Positions 1 through 10,189 of a stretch of DNA of 64,000 nucleotides are shown piece by piece (positions within the stretch are counted from its first letter, which is position 1; every line of letters begins with the position of its first letter). The position numbers were made by a program, and so were the translations under genes. Under the pieces are notes generated by a model. The model was not told where the DNA came from, did not search any database, and saw only the letters and a list, made by a program, of their open reading frames with translations. Source of the stretch: an uncultured Acidobacteriota bacterium (lineage in GTDB: Bacteria; Acidobacteriota; Thermoanaerobaculia; Multivoradales; SZUA-115); NCBI GenBank assembly GCA_963805975.1, contig CAWDVR010000002.1:1088001-1152000 (forward strand), read 5' to 3'.

Positions 1-308
1 TCGTCTGCTTCCAGTCCCGCCTGGGGCGCACGCCGTGGCTCACCCCGCAGACCGACGAGGTGCTGGCAGCCGAGGCCCGACGGGGCGTGCGTAGGGCCGT
101 GATCATCCCGGCGTTCGTGGCCGACTGCCTGGAGACCCTCGAGGAATTGAGCATCCGCGGCGCCGAGATCTGGCGTGAGAACGGCGGCGAAACGTTGACC
201 GTGGTGCCGGCGGTCAATGCCGGCGACCGCTTCGCCGAGGCGGTGATCGAGATCGCCGCCGAAAGCTCGACCTGGCTCGAGGCGGCGAGCGGAGCCTCGG
301 CCTCCTGA
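1..308 (+). CDS. hemH: Ferrochelatase, C-terminal part (truncated by window edge)
   Basis: Frame 3 reads VCFQSRLGRTPWLTPQTD...PAFVADCLETLEEL, the ferrochelatase signature; adjacent to protoporphyrinogen oxidase. Confidence 0.93.
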   Translation, partial: VCFQSRLGRTPWLTPQTDEVLAAEARRGVRRAVIIPAFVADCLETLEELSIRGAEIWRENGGETLTVVPAVNAGDRFAEAVIEIAAESSTWLEAASGASAS

Positions 309-310
309 CC

Positions 311-1734
311 ATGCCGCCGCGGGTGGCGATCGTGGGTGCAGGGATCGGTGGTCTCGCCGCCGCCCATCATCTGAGCTTCCTGGCTGCGGAGCGCGGCTGT
401 GCGATCGAGATCGTGCTCCTCGAGGCGTCCGGGAGGCCGGGAGGAGCGCTGGCGACCGAGCTTGTCGAGGGTGCGCTCCTCGAGCGCGGCCCGGACACGC
501 TGGTGACGCACAAGCCGGCGGGCCTCGCCCTCTGCGAGCGGCTGGGCCTGGGCGAGCGCATCGTCTTCCCGCCGCCGGGTCGCATCGACATTCTCGACCG
601 TGGTCGCCTCCTGCCCGTGCCGGCGGGTTTTGCGCTGCTCGCTCCAACGCGCGCTCGGCCGCTCCTGTCGTCGCCGCTCCTGTCCTGGCGGGGCAGGCTG
701 CGCGGCGTGCTCGAGCCTCTGGTGCCGGCCAGAGCCGACCTCGGTGACGAGAGCGTCGCCTCGTTCGTGCGCCGCAGGTTCGGCGCCGAGGTCTACGAGC
801 GGCTCTCCGAGCCGATGGCGGGCGGGCTGTTCATGGCCGATACCGAAGAGCTGAGCCTCGCGGCCGGCTTCCCCCGCTTCGCCAGCCTCGAACGCGAACG
901 CGGCCGGCTTCTCGGCGGATGGCGGGCGCCCGCAGTCTCCAGGGCCCACCGCCGCGACCCTCGCCGGCGGCCTCGGCCAGATCGTGGACGCCCTGGTCGA
1001 GCGGCTGCCGCCGGGCTCCCTGCGCCTGGGCCAGGCGGTACAAGGGCTCGTCCGGCAGCCCCGAGGCTTCGTGCTGAAGATGGCCGAGGGTCCCGCGCTC
1101 GCCGCGGAAGCGGTGCTGGTCGCCATCCCGGCGCACGCGGCGGCGCCGCTCTTTTCCGAGCTGGACCCGCAGCTCGCCGGCGAGCTGGCCCGGATCTCCT
1201 ACGCCTCCTGCGTGACGGTGAACCTCGCATGGCCTCGGCAGGCCGTGAAACGCCTGCCCCAAGGCCACGGCTTTTTCGTTCCCCGCACCGCGGGCCTGCC
1301 GGTGGTGGCGGCGAGCTTCGTGAGCGTCAAGTTCCCCGAGCGGGTGCCGGTGGACCAGATCGTGGTCCGGGTGTTCCTCGGGCGGAGCGCTTCACCCGGA
1401 GGTCTCCGGCCGCTCGGACGCCGAGCTGGTCGAGGCCTCGACGAGCACCCTCGCGCCGCTCCTCGGGTTGCGGGAGCCGCCTTCCTGGAGCCGCGTCTGG
1501 CGCCACCCGCTGTCGATGCCACAGCGGGTCGTGGGGCATCCGGCGCTCGTGGCGCGCGTCACCGCGCGGCTGGATGCACATCCCGGCCTCGAATTCGCGG
1601 GCGGCCCGCTCGGCGCCTACGGCCTGCCCGATTCGATCGCCGCGGGCGAGGCGGCGGCGGAGCGCCTGCTCGACTGGGTCGCGGCTCGCAGCCGGGGCGC
1701 AACCTTCCGAGATTCCCGGATAGTGCCGTCATGA
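311..1734 (+). pseudogene. hemG: Protoporphyrinogen/coproporphyrinogen oxidase (HemY/HemG type), split by two +1 frameshifts (~925-950 and ~1381); probably a sequencing artefact
   Basis: GAGIGGL FAD motif, LEAS..PGG and LERGPD in the first frame; TLAGGLGQIVDALVERL...GHGFFVPR in the second; SMPQ..VGH...GLPDSI in the third. Confidence 0.85.
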
Positions 1735-2231
1735 GCTCTAGCTCCCAACCGCCACGCCCGTTGCTCCTGGCCGTCCTCTCGGACACGCACGGGCTGTTCC
1801 GGCCCGAGGTGCTCGACGTGCTCCGCGGCGCGGACCTGATTCTCCATGCCGGCGACGTGGGCTGCCCCGAGGTGCTCCGCCGGCTCGAGGCGATCGCGCC
1901 TCTGGTCGCGGTGCGGGGCAATGTCGACCACGGCGCCTGGGCCGAGGCGCTGCCGCTGTGGGAGGTCGTGACCGCGGGCGAGCACAGGATCTACATGCTG
2001 CACGACCTCCAGCACCTCGACCTCGATCCCGTGGCGGCCGGCTTCTCGGTCGTGGTGTCCGGGCACACGCATCGTCCGCGGGCCGAGCACCGGGCCGGGG
2101 TGCTGTACCTGAACCCCGGCAGCGCCGGCCCGCGGCGGTTCAAGCTGCCGGTGTCGATCGCCCGGCTCAGGATCTCTGGCTCTGCGATCGAGCACGAGCT
2201 GGTGGAGCTGGAATCCATCCGTTCCGTCTGA
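1731..2231 (+). CDS. Metallophosphoesterase (YfcE/MJ0936 family)
   Basis: SDTHG, HAGDVG, VRGNVD, SGHTH and NPGSAG motifs. Confidence 0.9.
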   Translation: MSSSSQPPRPLLLAVLSDTHGLFRPEVLDVLRGADLILHAGDVGCPEVLRRLEAIAPLVAVRGNVDHGAWAEALPLWEVVTAGEHRIYMLHDLQHLDLDPVAAGFSVVVSGHTHRPRAEHRAGVLYLNPGSAGPRRFKLPVSIARLRISGSAIEHELVELESIRSV

Positions 2232-2250
2232 GGTACGCTCTCCAGCCGCT

Positions 2251-3456
2251 ATGGACTTCTCCATCCCCGAAGACCTCCGGCAGCTCTGCGCACAGGTGCG
2301 GAGCTTCGTGGAGGAGGAGATCTATCCGCTCGAGCCCCGGTTCTTCGTCGAGGGCTTCGCGGCCGTGGAGGCTGGCCTCGAGAAGGCGCGGCAGCGGGTG
2401 AAGGCGCTGGGGCTCTGGGCGCCGCAGCTCCCCCGCGAGCTGGGCGGGATGGGCCTCTCGCTCCTGGAGTTCGGCCTGCTGAGCCGCGAGCTGGGCCGGA
2501 GCCCGCTCGGCCACTTCGCCTTCAACTGCCAGGCGCCGGACGCCGGCAACCTGGAGGTGCTGGCCGAGTTCGCGAGCCCCGCACAACGCGAGCGCTTCCT
2601 GCTGCCCCTCGCCGCCGGCTCGGTGCGGAGCTGCTTCGCCATGACCGAGCCGGACCTGCCGGGCTCGAACCCCTCCTGGATGGCCACCGTGGCGCGGCGC
2701 GACGGCGACGGCTTCGTGATCGACGGCCGCAAGTGGTTCACCTCCGCGGCCGAGGGCGCCGCCTTCGCCGTGGTGATGGCGGTGACCGACCCGGATGCGC
2801 CGCCGCACCGGCGGGCGAGCCTCTTCCTCGTGCCGCTCTCGACCCCGGGCTTCCGCATTCTGCGCAACCTGCCGGTGATGGGCGAGGCCGGCTCCGGCTG
2901 GGCGAGCCATGCCGAGGTGGTGTTCGAGGGCTGCCGGGTGCCGGCCGAGCAGCTCTTGGGCGAGGTGGGCGACGGCTTCCGCATGGCGCAGGCGCGGCTG
3001 GGGCCGGGGCGCATCCATCACGCGATGCGCTGGCTGGGCATCTGCGAGCGTGCCTTCGAGCTGCTCTGCCGGCGCGCCGCCGAGCGCGAGATCGCTCCGG
3101 GCGAGCCGCTGGGCTCGCGGCAGCTCGTGCAGGGCTGGATCGCCGACAGCCGGGCCGAGATCTCGGCCGCCACTCTGCTGGTGCTCGAGACCGCCTGGAA
3201 GATCGAGACCTCGGGCACTCGCGCGGCCCGCGAGGAGATCTCGCTCATCAAGTTCCACACTGCGCGGGTGCTGGGCCAGGTGCTGGACCGGGCGATCCAG
3301 GCCCACGGCGCCCTGGGGATGACGGACCTGACGCCGCTCGCCTATTTCTACCGCCACGAGCGGGCGGCGCGGATCTACGACGGGCCGGACGAGGTGCACC
3401 AGGGCGTGGTGGCACGCGAGGAGCTGAAGCGCTTCGGTTTCGGCGGCGGGCGCTGA
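2251..3456 (+). CDS. Acyl-CoA dehydrogenase (ACAD10/11-like, LvaC-like subgroup)
   Basis: FNCQAPDAGNLEVL, CFAMTEP, GRKWFTS, RLGPGRIHH and RIYDGPDEVH motifs. Confidence 0.92.
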   Translation: MDFSIPEDLRQLCAQVRSFVEEEIYPLEPRFFVEGFAAVEAGLEKARQRVKALGLWAPQLPRELGGMGLSLLEFGLLSRELGRSPLGHFAFNCQAPDAGNLEVLAEFASPAQRERFLLPLAAGSVRSCFAMTEPDLPGSNPSWMATVARRDGDGFVIDGRKWFTSAAEGAAFAVVMAVTDPDAPPHRRASLFLVPLSTPGFRILRNLPVMGEAGSGWASHAEVVFEGCRVPAEQLLGEVGDGFRMAQARLGPGRIHHAMRWLGICERAFELLCRRAAEREIAPGEPLGSRQLVQGWIADSRAEISAATLLVLETAWKIETSGTRAAREEISLIKFHTARVLGQVLDRAIQAHGALGMTDLTPLAYFYRHERAARIYDGPDEVHQGVVAREELKRFGFGGGR

Positions 3457-4526
3457 TGGAGCCGGCCCCCGACGAGACGGTGCCGGTGCGGGTCGGCGAG
3501 GAGCTTCCGGCCGACGGCCTAGGTCGGTTTCTGGCCGGGGCTCTCGGGCTCGACTCGGAGGCTCCGCTCACCATCCGCCAGTTCCCGAGCGGCTACTCGA
3601 ACCTCACCTACCTGGTGCGCGCCGGGGACCGCGAGCTGATCCTGCGCCGGCCACCGGTAGGGAGCCAGGTGAAGACCGCGCACGACATGGGCCGCGAGCA
3701 CCGGGTGCTGGCGCGGCTCCACCCGGTCTACCCGCTCGCGCCCCGGCCGCTCGCGGCCTGCGACGACGCCGAGGTGCTCGGCTTTCCTTTCTACGTGATG
3801 GAAAGGGTGCCGGGGGTGATCCTCCGCGCCCGCCTGCCCCACGGTGTGGCGCTCGACGCCGCCACGGCGCGCGGCCTGTCCGAGGCTTTGATCAGCAACT
3901 TGGCGGACCTGCATGCGCTCGACCTCGAGGCCACCGGCCTCGGCGAGCTGGGCAAGGCGACCGGTTACGTGGAGCGCCAGGTCAAGGGCTGGCACGGGCG
4001 CTACCAGGCCGCCAAGACGCACCAGAACTCCGAGCTCGAAGCGGCCTTCGCGCGGCTCGAGGCGCGCATCCCGGCGGAGAGCGGCGCGGCCTTCGTCCAC
4101 AACGACTACAAGTACGACAACCTGGTGCTCGACCCCGGCGACCTGACCCGCCTCTGCGCCGTGCTGGACTGGGAGATGGCGACCGTGGGCGACCCGCTGC
4201 TCGATCTCGGCACGGCGCTCGGCTACTGGGTGGAAGAGGGCGACGCGGAGGAGGTGCGCCGCTTCCGCTTCGGCCCCACGGACGTGCCCGGCTCGCCTTC
4301 CCGGGCCGAGATGGCGGCGCTCTACGGCCGGGCGAGCGGCCGGGACCTCTCGAACCTGCCCTACTGCTACGGCTTCGGCCTGGCGAAGATCGCGGTGATC
4401 GCCCAGCAGATCTACTACCGCTTCCACCAGGGGTTGACCCGCGACCCGCGTTTCGGCCAGTTGCCGTCCGCCATCCGCACCCTGGGCCGGCAGGCACTGG
4501 CGGCGATCGACGAAGACCGGCTGTGA
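3456..4526 (+). CDS. Phosphotransferase (APH/choline kinase family)
   Basis: QFPSGYSNLTY, AHDMGRE, HNDYKYDN and VLDWEM motifs; ATG overlaps the upstream TGA. Confidence 0.9.
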   Translation: MEPAPDETVPVRVGEELPADGLGRFLAGALGLDSEAPLTIRQFPSGYSNLTYLVRAGDRELILRRPPVGSQVKTAHDMGREHRVLARLHPVYPLAPRPLAACDDAEVLGFPFYVMERVPGVILRARLPHGVALDAATARGLSEALISNLADLHALDLEATGLGELGKATGYVERQVKGWHGRYQAAKTHQNSELEAAFARLEARIPAESGAAFVHNDYKYDNLVLDPGDLTRLCAVLDWEMATVGDPLLDLGTALGYWVEEGDAEEVRRFRFGPTDVPGSPSRAEMAALYGRASGRDLSNLPYCYGFGLAKIAVIAQQIYYRFHQGLTRDPRFGQLPSAIRTLGRQALAAIDEDRL

Positions 4527-5417
4527 CTACGCCGCCCGGCGAGCGCTGACCAGGAAATACCCGAAGCGGTGGCGGGCGAGGCCCACCAGAGGCGACAGCA
4601 CACAGGCGCGCAGGTGCCCCCAGCGCACCGCGCTCAGCCGCAGGCCGTGGGTGCGGAGCTCGCGCCACAGGAAGCGGGCGGTGACCCACGGGATGTGGGC
4701 GACGGACGGGGCGATCCGCCAGGAGATCTCCTCCACCTGCAAGTCTTCGAATCCGTGCTCTTCGAGGCAGCGGGTGAAGGCGCCGATCTCGGCGAAGGTC
4801 TCGAGCGCCCAGTCGGCGCACACCACTTCGAACAACCGCGAGAGCGGCCACCGCAGCGGCCGGCCGCCCTTGAGGAAGCCGTCCGCCAGCGCCAGGCGCG
4901 CGCCGGGCTTGAGCACCCGCGCCGCCTCGCGCACGAAGCCTTCCTTGGCGATCCCCTGGTCGTGGCAGGCGCTCTCGATAGCGTAGGCGCCGTCGAACGT
5001 CGCCTGGGCAAAGGGAGTCAGGGTGAAGTCGGCGCTGACGAAACGCAGCCTGCCGTCCGTCCCCTGGAGGGCCGCGAGCCGCGTGGCGTTTCGCGCCTGC
5101 CACGGCACCAGGGTCGCGGCGTCGATCGACAGCCGCGGGTGGTGCCGCACGGCCCAGCGCGCCGGCGCCCCCAGGCCGCAGCCCAGGTCGAGCAGGCGGT
5201 GGGCGGCCGAGAGATCGAGCCCGAGCCGGCCCAACACCTGCCGCGTCATCTCGTCGAGCATGCTCTCGAGAAGCAGCGGGTTCAAGCCGCGCCGGAAGTA
5301 GCCAAAATGCATGTTGAAGCTACGGCTCCAGGCCTCGTAGTCCTGGCCGGCCTCGGTGTAGTAGCGCACTACCTGCCGGCGGGCGTCGCCGGCAGCGCCT
5401 GAGCTTCTCGCAAGCAT
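4527..5417 (-). CDS. Class I SAM-dependent methyltransferase (sterol/tocopherol methyltransferase-like)
   Basis: [19 protein letters not shown] and RVLKPGARL motifs. Confidence 0.85.
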   Translation of the reverse strand: MLARSSGAAGDARRQVVRYYTEAGQDYEAWSRSFNMHFGYFRRGLNPLLLESMLDEMTRQVLGRLGLDLSAAHRLLDLGCGLGAPARWAVRHHPRLSIDAATLVPWQARNATRLAALQGTDGRLRFVSADFTLTPFAQATFDGAYAIESACHDQGIAKEGFVREAARVLKPGARLALADGFLKGGRPLRWPLSRLFEVVCADWALETFAEIGAFTRCLEEHGFEDLQVEEISWRIAPSVAHIPWVTARFLWRELRTHGLRLSAVRWGHLRACVLSPLVGLARHRFGYFLVSARRAA

Positions 5418-5527
5418 GGGTGGAGCAGTCTGTCACACGGGAGTGTGGCTCCCGGCCAGGCTGCCGGTCGCTGGAATGCGGGGGTGCTACCGCTTCAGCT
5501 AGACTCCCGGCACTCAAGGGACTACCG

Positions 5528-6856
5528 ATGAACAGCGCTCAGAATGCAGGCGGCGAGCTCGCCGCGCTCGCCCATCACCTCGCCAGCCGGCGGGAGGCCA
5601 TCCTGGACGCCTGGCGGCAGGCCGTGGAGGCCGACCCGGAGCTGACCACCGCGCCCGCCTTGTCGCGCACCCAGTTCTACGACCACATTCCCGCCGTCCT
5701 GGATGCCTTCGAGCGCCGGCTCCGGGCGCGCGGGGGCGAAGAACGGGCGGCAGCGGAGGCAGCTCAGAAGGAGAGCGCGGCCGGGCACGGCCTGCTCCGC
5801 TGGCAGCACGGCTATCACCAGCGCGAAGTGATGTTCGAGTGGCGCCACTTGCACCTCTTGCTGGTCGACGAGCTCGAGATCTATTGCTCCTCACAGTCCG
5901 GGCTCGACCCCGGTGCGATGTCGTTCGCACGGCGGGCCCTGGCCGAGCTGTGCAGCGAGGGGGTCTGTGAGAGCGCCACCCAGGTCGCCCGCCTGCAGCA
6001 GGCGGAGGCGGCCGGCCGCGTTCGCGACCTGGAGCACGCCCTCCAGGAGCTCCGTGCCCTGGAGCGCCGGCGCGCCGAGGCCTGGCGCGAGGCAGCGCAC
6101 GACCTGCGAGGCAACCTCGGCGTGGTCAGCAACGTCGCCGCGGTGCTGAACTTCGACGACGTGACGGCCGGGGAGCGTGCCCAGTTCACCCAGGCGCTGC
6201 AACGATCGGTGGTCGCGCAGAAGTCCTTGCTCAACGACCTCATGGACCTGGCGCGCCTGGAGGCCGGCCACGAGCAGCGGCGGGTCGAGCCTTTCGACGT
6301 CGCGGCACTGCTCGGCGAGCTCTGCGCCAGCATGCAGCCCCTCGCCAAGGAGCGCGGCCTTTCCTTGCGCACCCAGGGGCCCCCGGAGCTGCGGGTCGAG
6401 GGAGATGCCGTCAAGGCCCGGCGGATCGCGCAGAACCTGCTGTCGAACGCCCTCAAGTACACGGAGCGCGGCGGCGTGCGGCTGACCTGGGAACAAGCGG
6501 CGGGCGAGCATTGGGTGCTCTGTGTGCAGGACACCGGCCCCGGCTTCGAAGACGGCTCGGTCACCCCGATCGCCCAGGCGCTCAAGGAAGCCACGGAGGA
6601 GGCCCGGGAGGTCGAGGTGCGGGCTCTGGAGGAGCACGAGGAGGCGCTCGAGCCCTCCGCGCAGGCGGAGCCGGCTCCCACGCTGACCTCGCAGTCCGCG
6701 CATCGGCCGGCCTACGAGCCGCCGGGGGAAGGCATCGGCCTCTCCATCGTCAAGCGCCTCTGCGAGCTCCTGGACGCCAGCCTGGAGCTCGAGACCCGGC
6801 CCGGCCAGGGCAGCACCTTCCGGGTGGTCTTTCCCGGCAGGTACGAGACCCCCTGA
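5528..6856 (+). CDS. Cytoplasmic sensor histidine kinase with N-terminal RsbRD_N-like helical domain
   Basis: H-box AAHDLRGNL, N-box NLLSNALKYT, G1 DTGPG, G2 GEGIGLSIV; no transmembrane segment. Confidence 0.88.
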   Translation: MNSAQNAGGELAALAHHLASRREAILDAWRQAVEADPELTTAPALSRTQFYDHIPAVLDAFERRLRARGGEERAAAEAAQKESAAGHGLLRWQHGYHQREVMFEWRHLHLLLVDELEIYCSSQSGLDPGAMSFARRALAELCSEGVCESATQVARLQQAEAAGRVRDLEHALQELRALERRRAEAWREAAHDLRGNLGVVSNVAAVLNFDDVTAGERAQFTQALQRSVVAQKSLLNDLMDLARLEAGHEQRRVEPFDVAALLGELCASMQPLAKERGLSLRTQGPPELRVEGDAVKARRIAQNLLSNALKYTERGGVRLTWEQAAGEHWVLCVQDTGPGFEDGSVTPIAQALKEATEEAREVEVRALEEHEEALEPSAQAEPAPTLTSQSAHRPAYEPPGEGIGLSIVKRLCELLDASLELETRPGQGSTFRVVFPGRYETP

Positions 6857-6877
6857 AGCGAAGGAGGACCTGTCTTC

Positions 6878-7453
6878 ATGACGACGGGCCGCCTGCCCTC
6901 GCTCCAGCGCTCCTCGTGGGTGGGGAGCCTCGGGTTCTGTTTTGCCAGCCTGGCGGTCTTCGGCACGGTCGCCTTCGGCGAAGGCTGGATGTACCGCCGA
7001 CTGGGCCTGCTGGGGGCCTACCTGGCCTGGACCGCGATGTTCATTCTGCTCGGTGGCGCAGCGCTCCGGCCCCTGGTGGTCGATCCCGAACGAAAGCGGA
7101 AGTTCTTCCTGATCTTCGGCCTGGCCTTCTTCGCCTATGCCGCCGGCTGGGTGGGCGTGTACTTCGCCCTGCCCAACCTCGAGGGCGAGGTCGTGGCCTC
7201 CTTCGCGGGCTCTCTCCTGATGGGCCTGGTGATCGCCCGGGCGTTCGGCGCCCTGCGCTCGGCGCTCTACCTCGCCGGGGTGCTGTTCGTTGCCAGCTCC
7301 AGCGGCTACTTCGTCGGCTCGGCCCTCAACGCGTGGGTCGGGGGGAAAGCCGGGATGATGCTCTGGGGCGTCGCCTATGGGTTGTGCTTGGGAGCGGGGC
7401 TGGGCGCTGTCCTCCACCTGGCTCAGTCCCGCCCGGCGAATGAGCACGGGTGA
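6878..7453 (+). CDS. Hypothetical multi-pass membrane protein
   Basis: RBS GGAGG; about 6 hydrophobic segments. Confidence 0.75.
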   Translation: MTTGRLPSLQRSSWVGSLGFCFASLAVFGTVAFGEGWMYRRLGLLGAYLAWTAMFILLGGAALRPLVVDPERKRKFFLIFGLAFFAYAAGWVGVYFALPNLEGEVVASFAGSLLMGLVIARAFGALRSALYLAGVLFVASSSGYFVGSALNAWVGGKAGMMLWGVAYGLCLGAGLGAVLHLAQSRPANEHG

Positions 7454-7970
7454 GATCCTCACCAGGGCGACGATCTGGGTCTCCCTCGCGGGGTGGGCCA
7501 CAGGGTCCGCCGTCCTGGCGCTTTCCCGAGGAAGAGCCGGTTGGGACCGGGCGGCGAGGCTCGCCTGGACGGCAGGCTGCGTCGCCCTCCTCGCCCACGT
7601 CGCCTGTGCCTTCCATTTTGCCCACGGCTGGAGCCAGGGCCACGCCTACCGAGAAACGGCACGCCAGACGGCAGAGGTGTTCGGGCTCGACTGGGGCGGC
7701 GGCCTCTTCATCAACTATGCCCTCCTCGTCGCCTGGGTCCTGGACGTCGCCTGGTGGTGGCGCGGGCTCGAGCTCTACCGGCGCCGGCCGCGGTGGCTCA
7801 CGGCACTGTGGCAAGGGTTCCTGGTCTTCATCGTCTTCAACGCCACCGTGGTGTTCAAGACCGGTGCCCTGCGCTGGATCGGCTGGCTCCTGTGCCTGGG
7901 GCTCTGCGCGGTCTGGTGGCGAGCCTCTGCGAGTACACTGCCCGGCACCCAGAAAGGGCGCCCGACATGA
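7440..7970 (+). CDS. Hypothetical membrane protein (4-5 TM, His-containing)
   Basis: MSTGEILTRATIW...LLAHVACAFHFAHGWS; overlaps both neighbouring genes. Confidence 0.75.
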   Translation: MSTGEILTRATIWVSLAGWATGSAVLALSRGRAGWDRAARLAWTAGCVALLAHVACAFHFAHGWSQGHAYRETARQTAEVFGLDWGGGLFINYALLVAWVLDVAWWWRGLELYRRRPRWLTALWQGFLVFIVFNATVVFKTGALRWIGWLLCLGLCAVWWRASASTLPGTQKGRPT

Positions 7971-9223
7971 GCTCGCTCTCCGCCGAAGCACCCCGCCCCA
8001 CGGTCGGCCCGGCCCGCCTGCCGTTCTACTACGGCTGGGTGAACCTCGGCGTGGCCGCGCTGGCGATGGTGGGCACTCTTCCCGGGCGCACCCAGGGCCT
8101 GGGGCTGATCACCGAGCCGCTGCTCAGGGACTTGCAGGTCGACCGCGTGCTCTTCGCCCAGATCAACCTCTGGGCCACCCTGATCGGCGCCCTCTTCTGC
8201 CTCGGCATCGGACGGCTGATCGACCGCTTCGGCAGCCGCGTGGTGCTCTCGGCGGTCGCGCTGGCGCTCGGCGCGGTGGTGCTCGCGATGAGCGGTGCCC
8301 ACGGCGTGCTGTGGCTCGCGCTTCTCATCACGCTCTCCCGCGGGCTGGGCCAGAGCGCCCTCTCCGTGGTGAGCCTGACGATCGTCGGCCAGTGGTTCGT
8401 GCGCCGGATCAGCCTGGCGATGTCCGTCTACACCGTGGTACTCAGTATCGGCTTCATGGTGGCCTTTCCCGTGGTCGGTGCGGCCGTGGTCGGGAGCGGC
8501 TGGCGCGCTGCCTGGGCCGGGGTCGGGGCCATGCTGCTGCTCTTGCTGGTACCGGCGGCCTGGCTCTTCGTCCGGCGGACGCCGGAGGACTGCGGCATCG
8601 CGCTCGACGGTGAGCGCCAGCCGGAGGGCGAGCCGGTGGCCAGGCAGGGTGCGACGCTGCGGCAGGCGCTCTCGACGCCCGCCTTCTGGGTGTTCGGTCT
8701 CGCGAGCTCGGTCTACGGCCTGACCGCCTCGGGCATCGCTCTGTTCAACGAGTCGATCCTCGCCGAGCGGGGCTTCGATCCGGCCACCTACCACCGCAGC
8801 CTGGCGGTCACCGCGCTGACCGCCCTCGCCGGGAACTTCCTGGGCGGCTGGCTGGTCTCCAAGGGTTCCATGAACCGGCTGATGGCGCTCGCCATGGGCC
8901 TGCTCGCGGGTGCGCTCCTGGCGCTGCCCCAGGTCAGCACCCAGGCGCACGTCGCGGCCTATGCCGTGGTCATGGGGCTGGCCGGCGGCTTCGTGATGGT
9001 GATCTTCTTCACCTTCTGGAGCCAGGCCTTCGGCCGCGCCCATCTCGGCAAGATCCAGGGTGCGGCGCAGTCCCTGACCGTGCTCGCGTCCGCGGTCGGG
9101 CCACTGCTCCTCGCAGAGTGCGTGGCCCGGACCGGTTCCTACGCGACGATGTTCTACCTCCTGGCCGTGGTGGTGGCGGTTCTCGGCGCGGCCGCCTGGT
9201 TCGTCACTCCCTCACGTTCCTGA
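7967..9223 (+). CDS. MFS transporter
   Basis: FYYGW start, GRLIDRFGSR motif A, about 12 TM segments; ATGA overlap with the upstream gene. Confidence 0.9.
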   Translation: MSSLSAEAPRPTVGPARLPFYYGWVNLGVAALAMVGTLPGRTQGLGLITEPLLRDLQVDRVLFAQINLWATLIGALFCLGIGRLIDRFGSRVVLSAVALALGAVVLAMSGAHGVLWLALLITLSRGLGQSALSVVSLTIVGQWFVRRISLAMSVYTVVLSIGFMVAFPVVGAAVVGSGWRAAWAGVGAMLLLLLVPAAWLFVRRTPEDCGIALDGERQPEGEPVARQGATLRQALSTPAFWVFGLASSVYGLTASGIALFNESILAERGFDPATYHRSLAVTALTALAGNFLGGWLVSKGSMNRLMALAMGLLAGALLALPQVSTQAHVAAYAVVMGLAGGFVMVIFFTFWSQAFGRAHLGKIQGAAQSLTVLASAVGPLLLAECVARTGSYATMFYLLAVVVAVLGAAAWFVTPSRS

Positions 9224-9234
9224 CACGTCGCGCC

Positions 9235-10098
9235 GTGCCGCGAAGCCTCTTGCTCGCCTTCCTCGTCCTGCTCCTCGCCGTCGAGGTGGCGCTGCCGGTG
9301 GCGATGGCGCTCTCTCGCAACCGACTGATCTTCCTGCCCTCGATGGCGCCCGGTGCAGAGGCGGGCTCGAGGTTCTTTCCACCGGACGTCGAGGCGCGAG
9401 TGGTGAGCGTCCGGCGTCCGGACCGCCGGCTGCTGGCGGCGTACGACGCCAGGCCACGCGGCCTGGGTGACGGTGAGGGGCCGGTGGTGCTCTTCTCCCA
9501 CGGCAACGCCGGCAACCTCTTCTACCGCGCCTCGCTCCTCGGCCTCTTCGTGCGCCACACCGGGGCGCGTACGCTGGCCTTCGACTACTCGGGATACGGC
9601 GGCAACGAGGGCAGGCCCAGCGAGGAAGAGGTCTACCGGGACGGCCTCGCGGCCTACGACCACCTGGTAGCCGAGGGCGTGACAGCGGGACGGATCGTCC
9701 TCTACGGCGAGAGCCTGGGCGGGGCCGTGGCCTTGAAGGTGGCTTCCGAGCGACCGGTGGCCGGGGTGGTGCTGCAAGCGCCCTTCGCCTCGCTCGCCTC
9801 CCTCGCCCGGCGCCTCTACTCCTGGCTGCCTCTCGCCGCCGTGCTGGTCCGTGGCGACTTTCCCAACGCGGAGCGCGTGCGGCGGCTCACAGTGCCCGTG
9901 CTCGTGGTGCACGGCACCGAGGACGAAGTGATCCCTCTCGCCGAAGGCCACGCTCTCCACGCCGCGGCGCCACCCGGCTCAGAGCTCCTACCCATCGAAG
10001 GCGCCGGTCACAACGACCTCTTCGAAGTGGGCGGCGAGGAATACCTGCGAGGGCTCGGCGAACGGTTCCGGGCGTGGACGGAGAGGTCCAAGAGCTAG
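9235..10098 (+). CDS. Alpha/beta hydrolase (ABHD13/17-like)
   Basis: HGNAGN, DYSGYG, GESLGG nucleophile, HGTEDEVI and GAGHND motifs; N-terminal anchor. Confidence 0.9.
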   Translation: MPRSLLLAFLVLLLAVEVALPVAMALSRNRLIFLPSMAPGAEAGSRFFPPDVEARVVSVRRPDRRLLAAYDARPRGLGDGEGPVVLFSHGNAGNLFYRASLLGLFVRHTGARTLAFDYSGYGGNEGRPSEEEVYRDGLAAYDHLVAEGVTAGRIVLYGESLGGAVALKVASERPVAGVVLQAPFASLASLARRLYSWLPLAAVLVRGDFPNAERVRRLTVPVLVVHGTEDEVIPLAEGHALHAAAPPGSELLPIEGAGHNDLFEVGGEEYLRGLGERFRAWTERSKS

Positions 10099-10153
10099 CT
10101 GCGCTCGCGAGTCGCCCCGAGGTGGTACGGAGCTCGTGGGCGAAGCGCGCATC

Positions 10154-10182
10154 TTGACGGAGCTACGGATAATCCGTAGTCT
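10154..10182 (+). promoter_or_regulatory. Sigma70 promoter of the TA operon with a palindromic operator
   Basis: TTGACG-17 bp-TAGTCT ending 7 nt before the GTG start; perfect inverted repeat CTACGGAT-A-ATCCGTAG (10163-10179) in the spacer. Confidence 0.75.
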
Positions 10183-10189
10183 GACGAAG

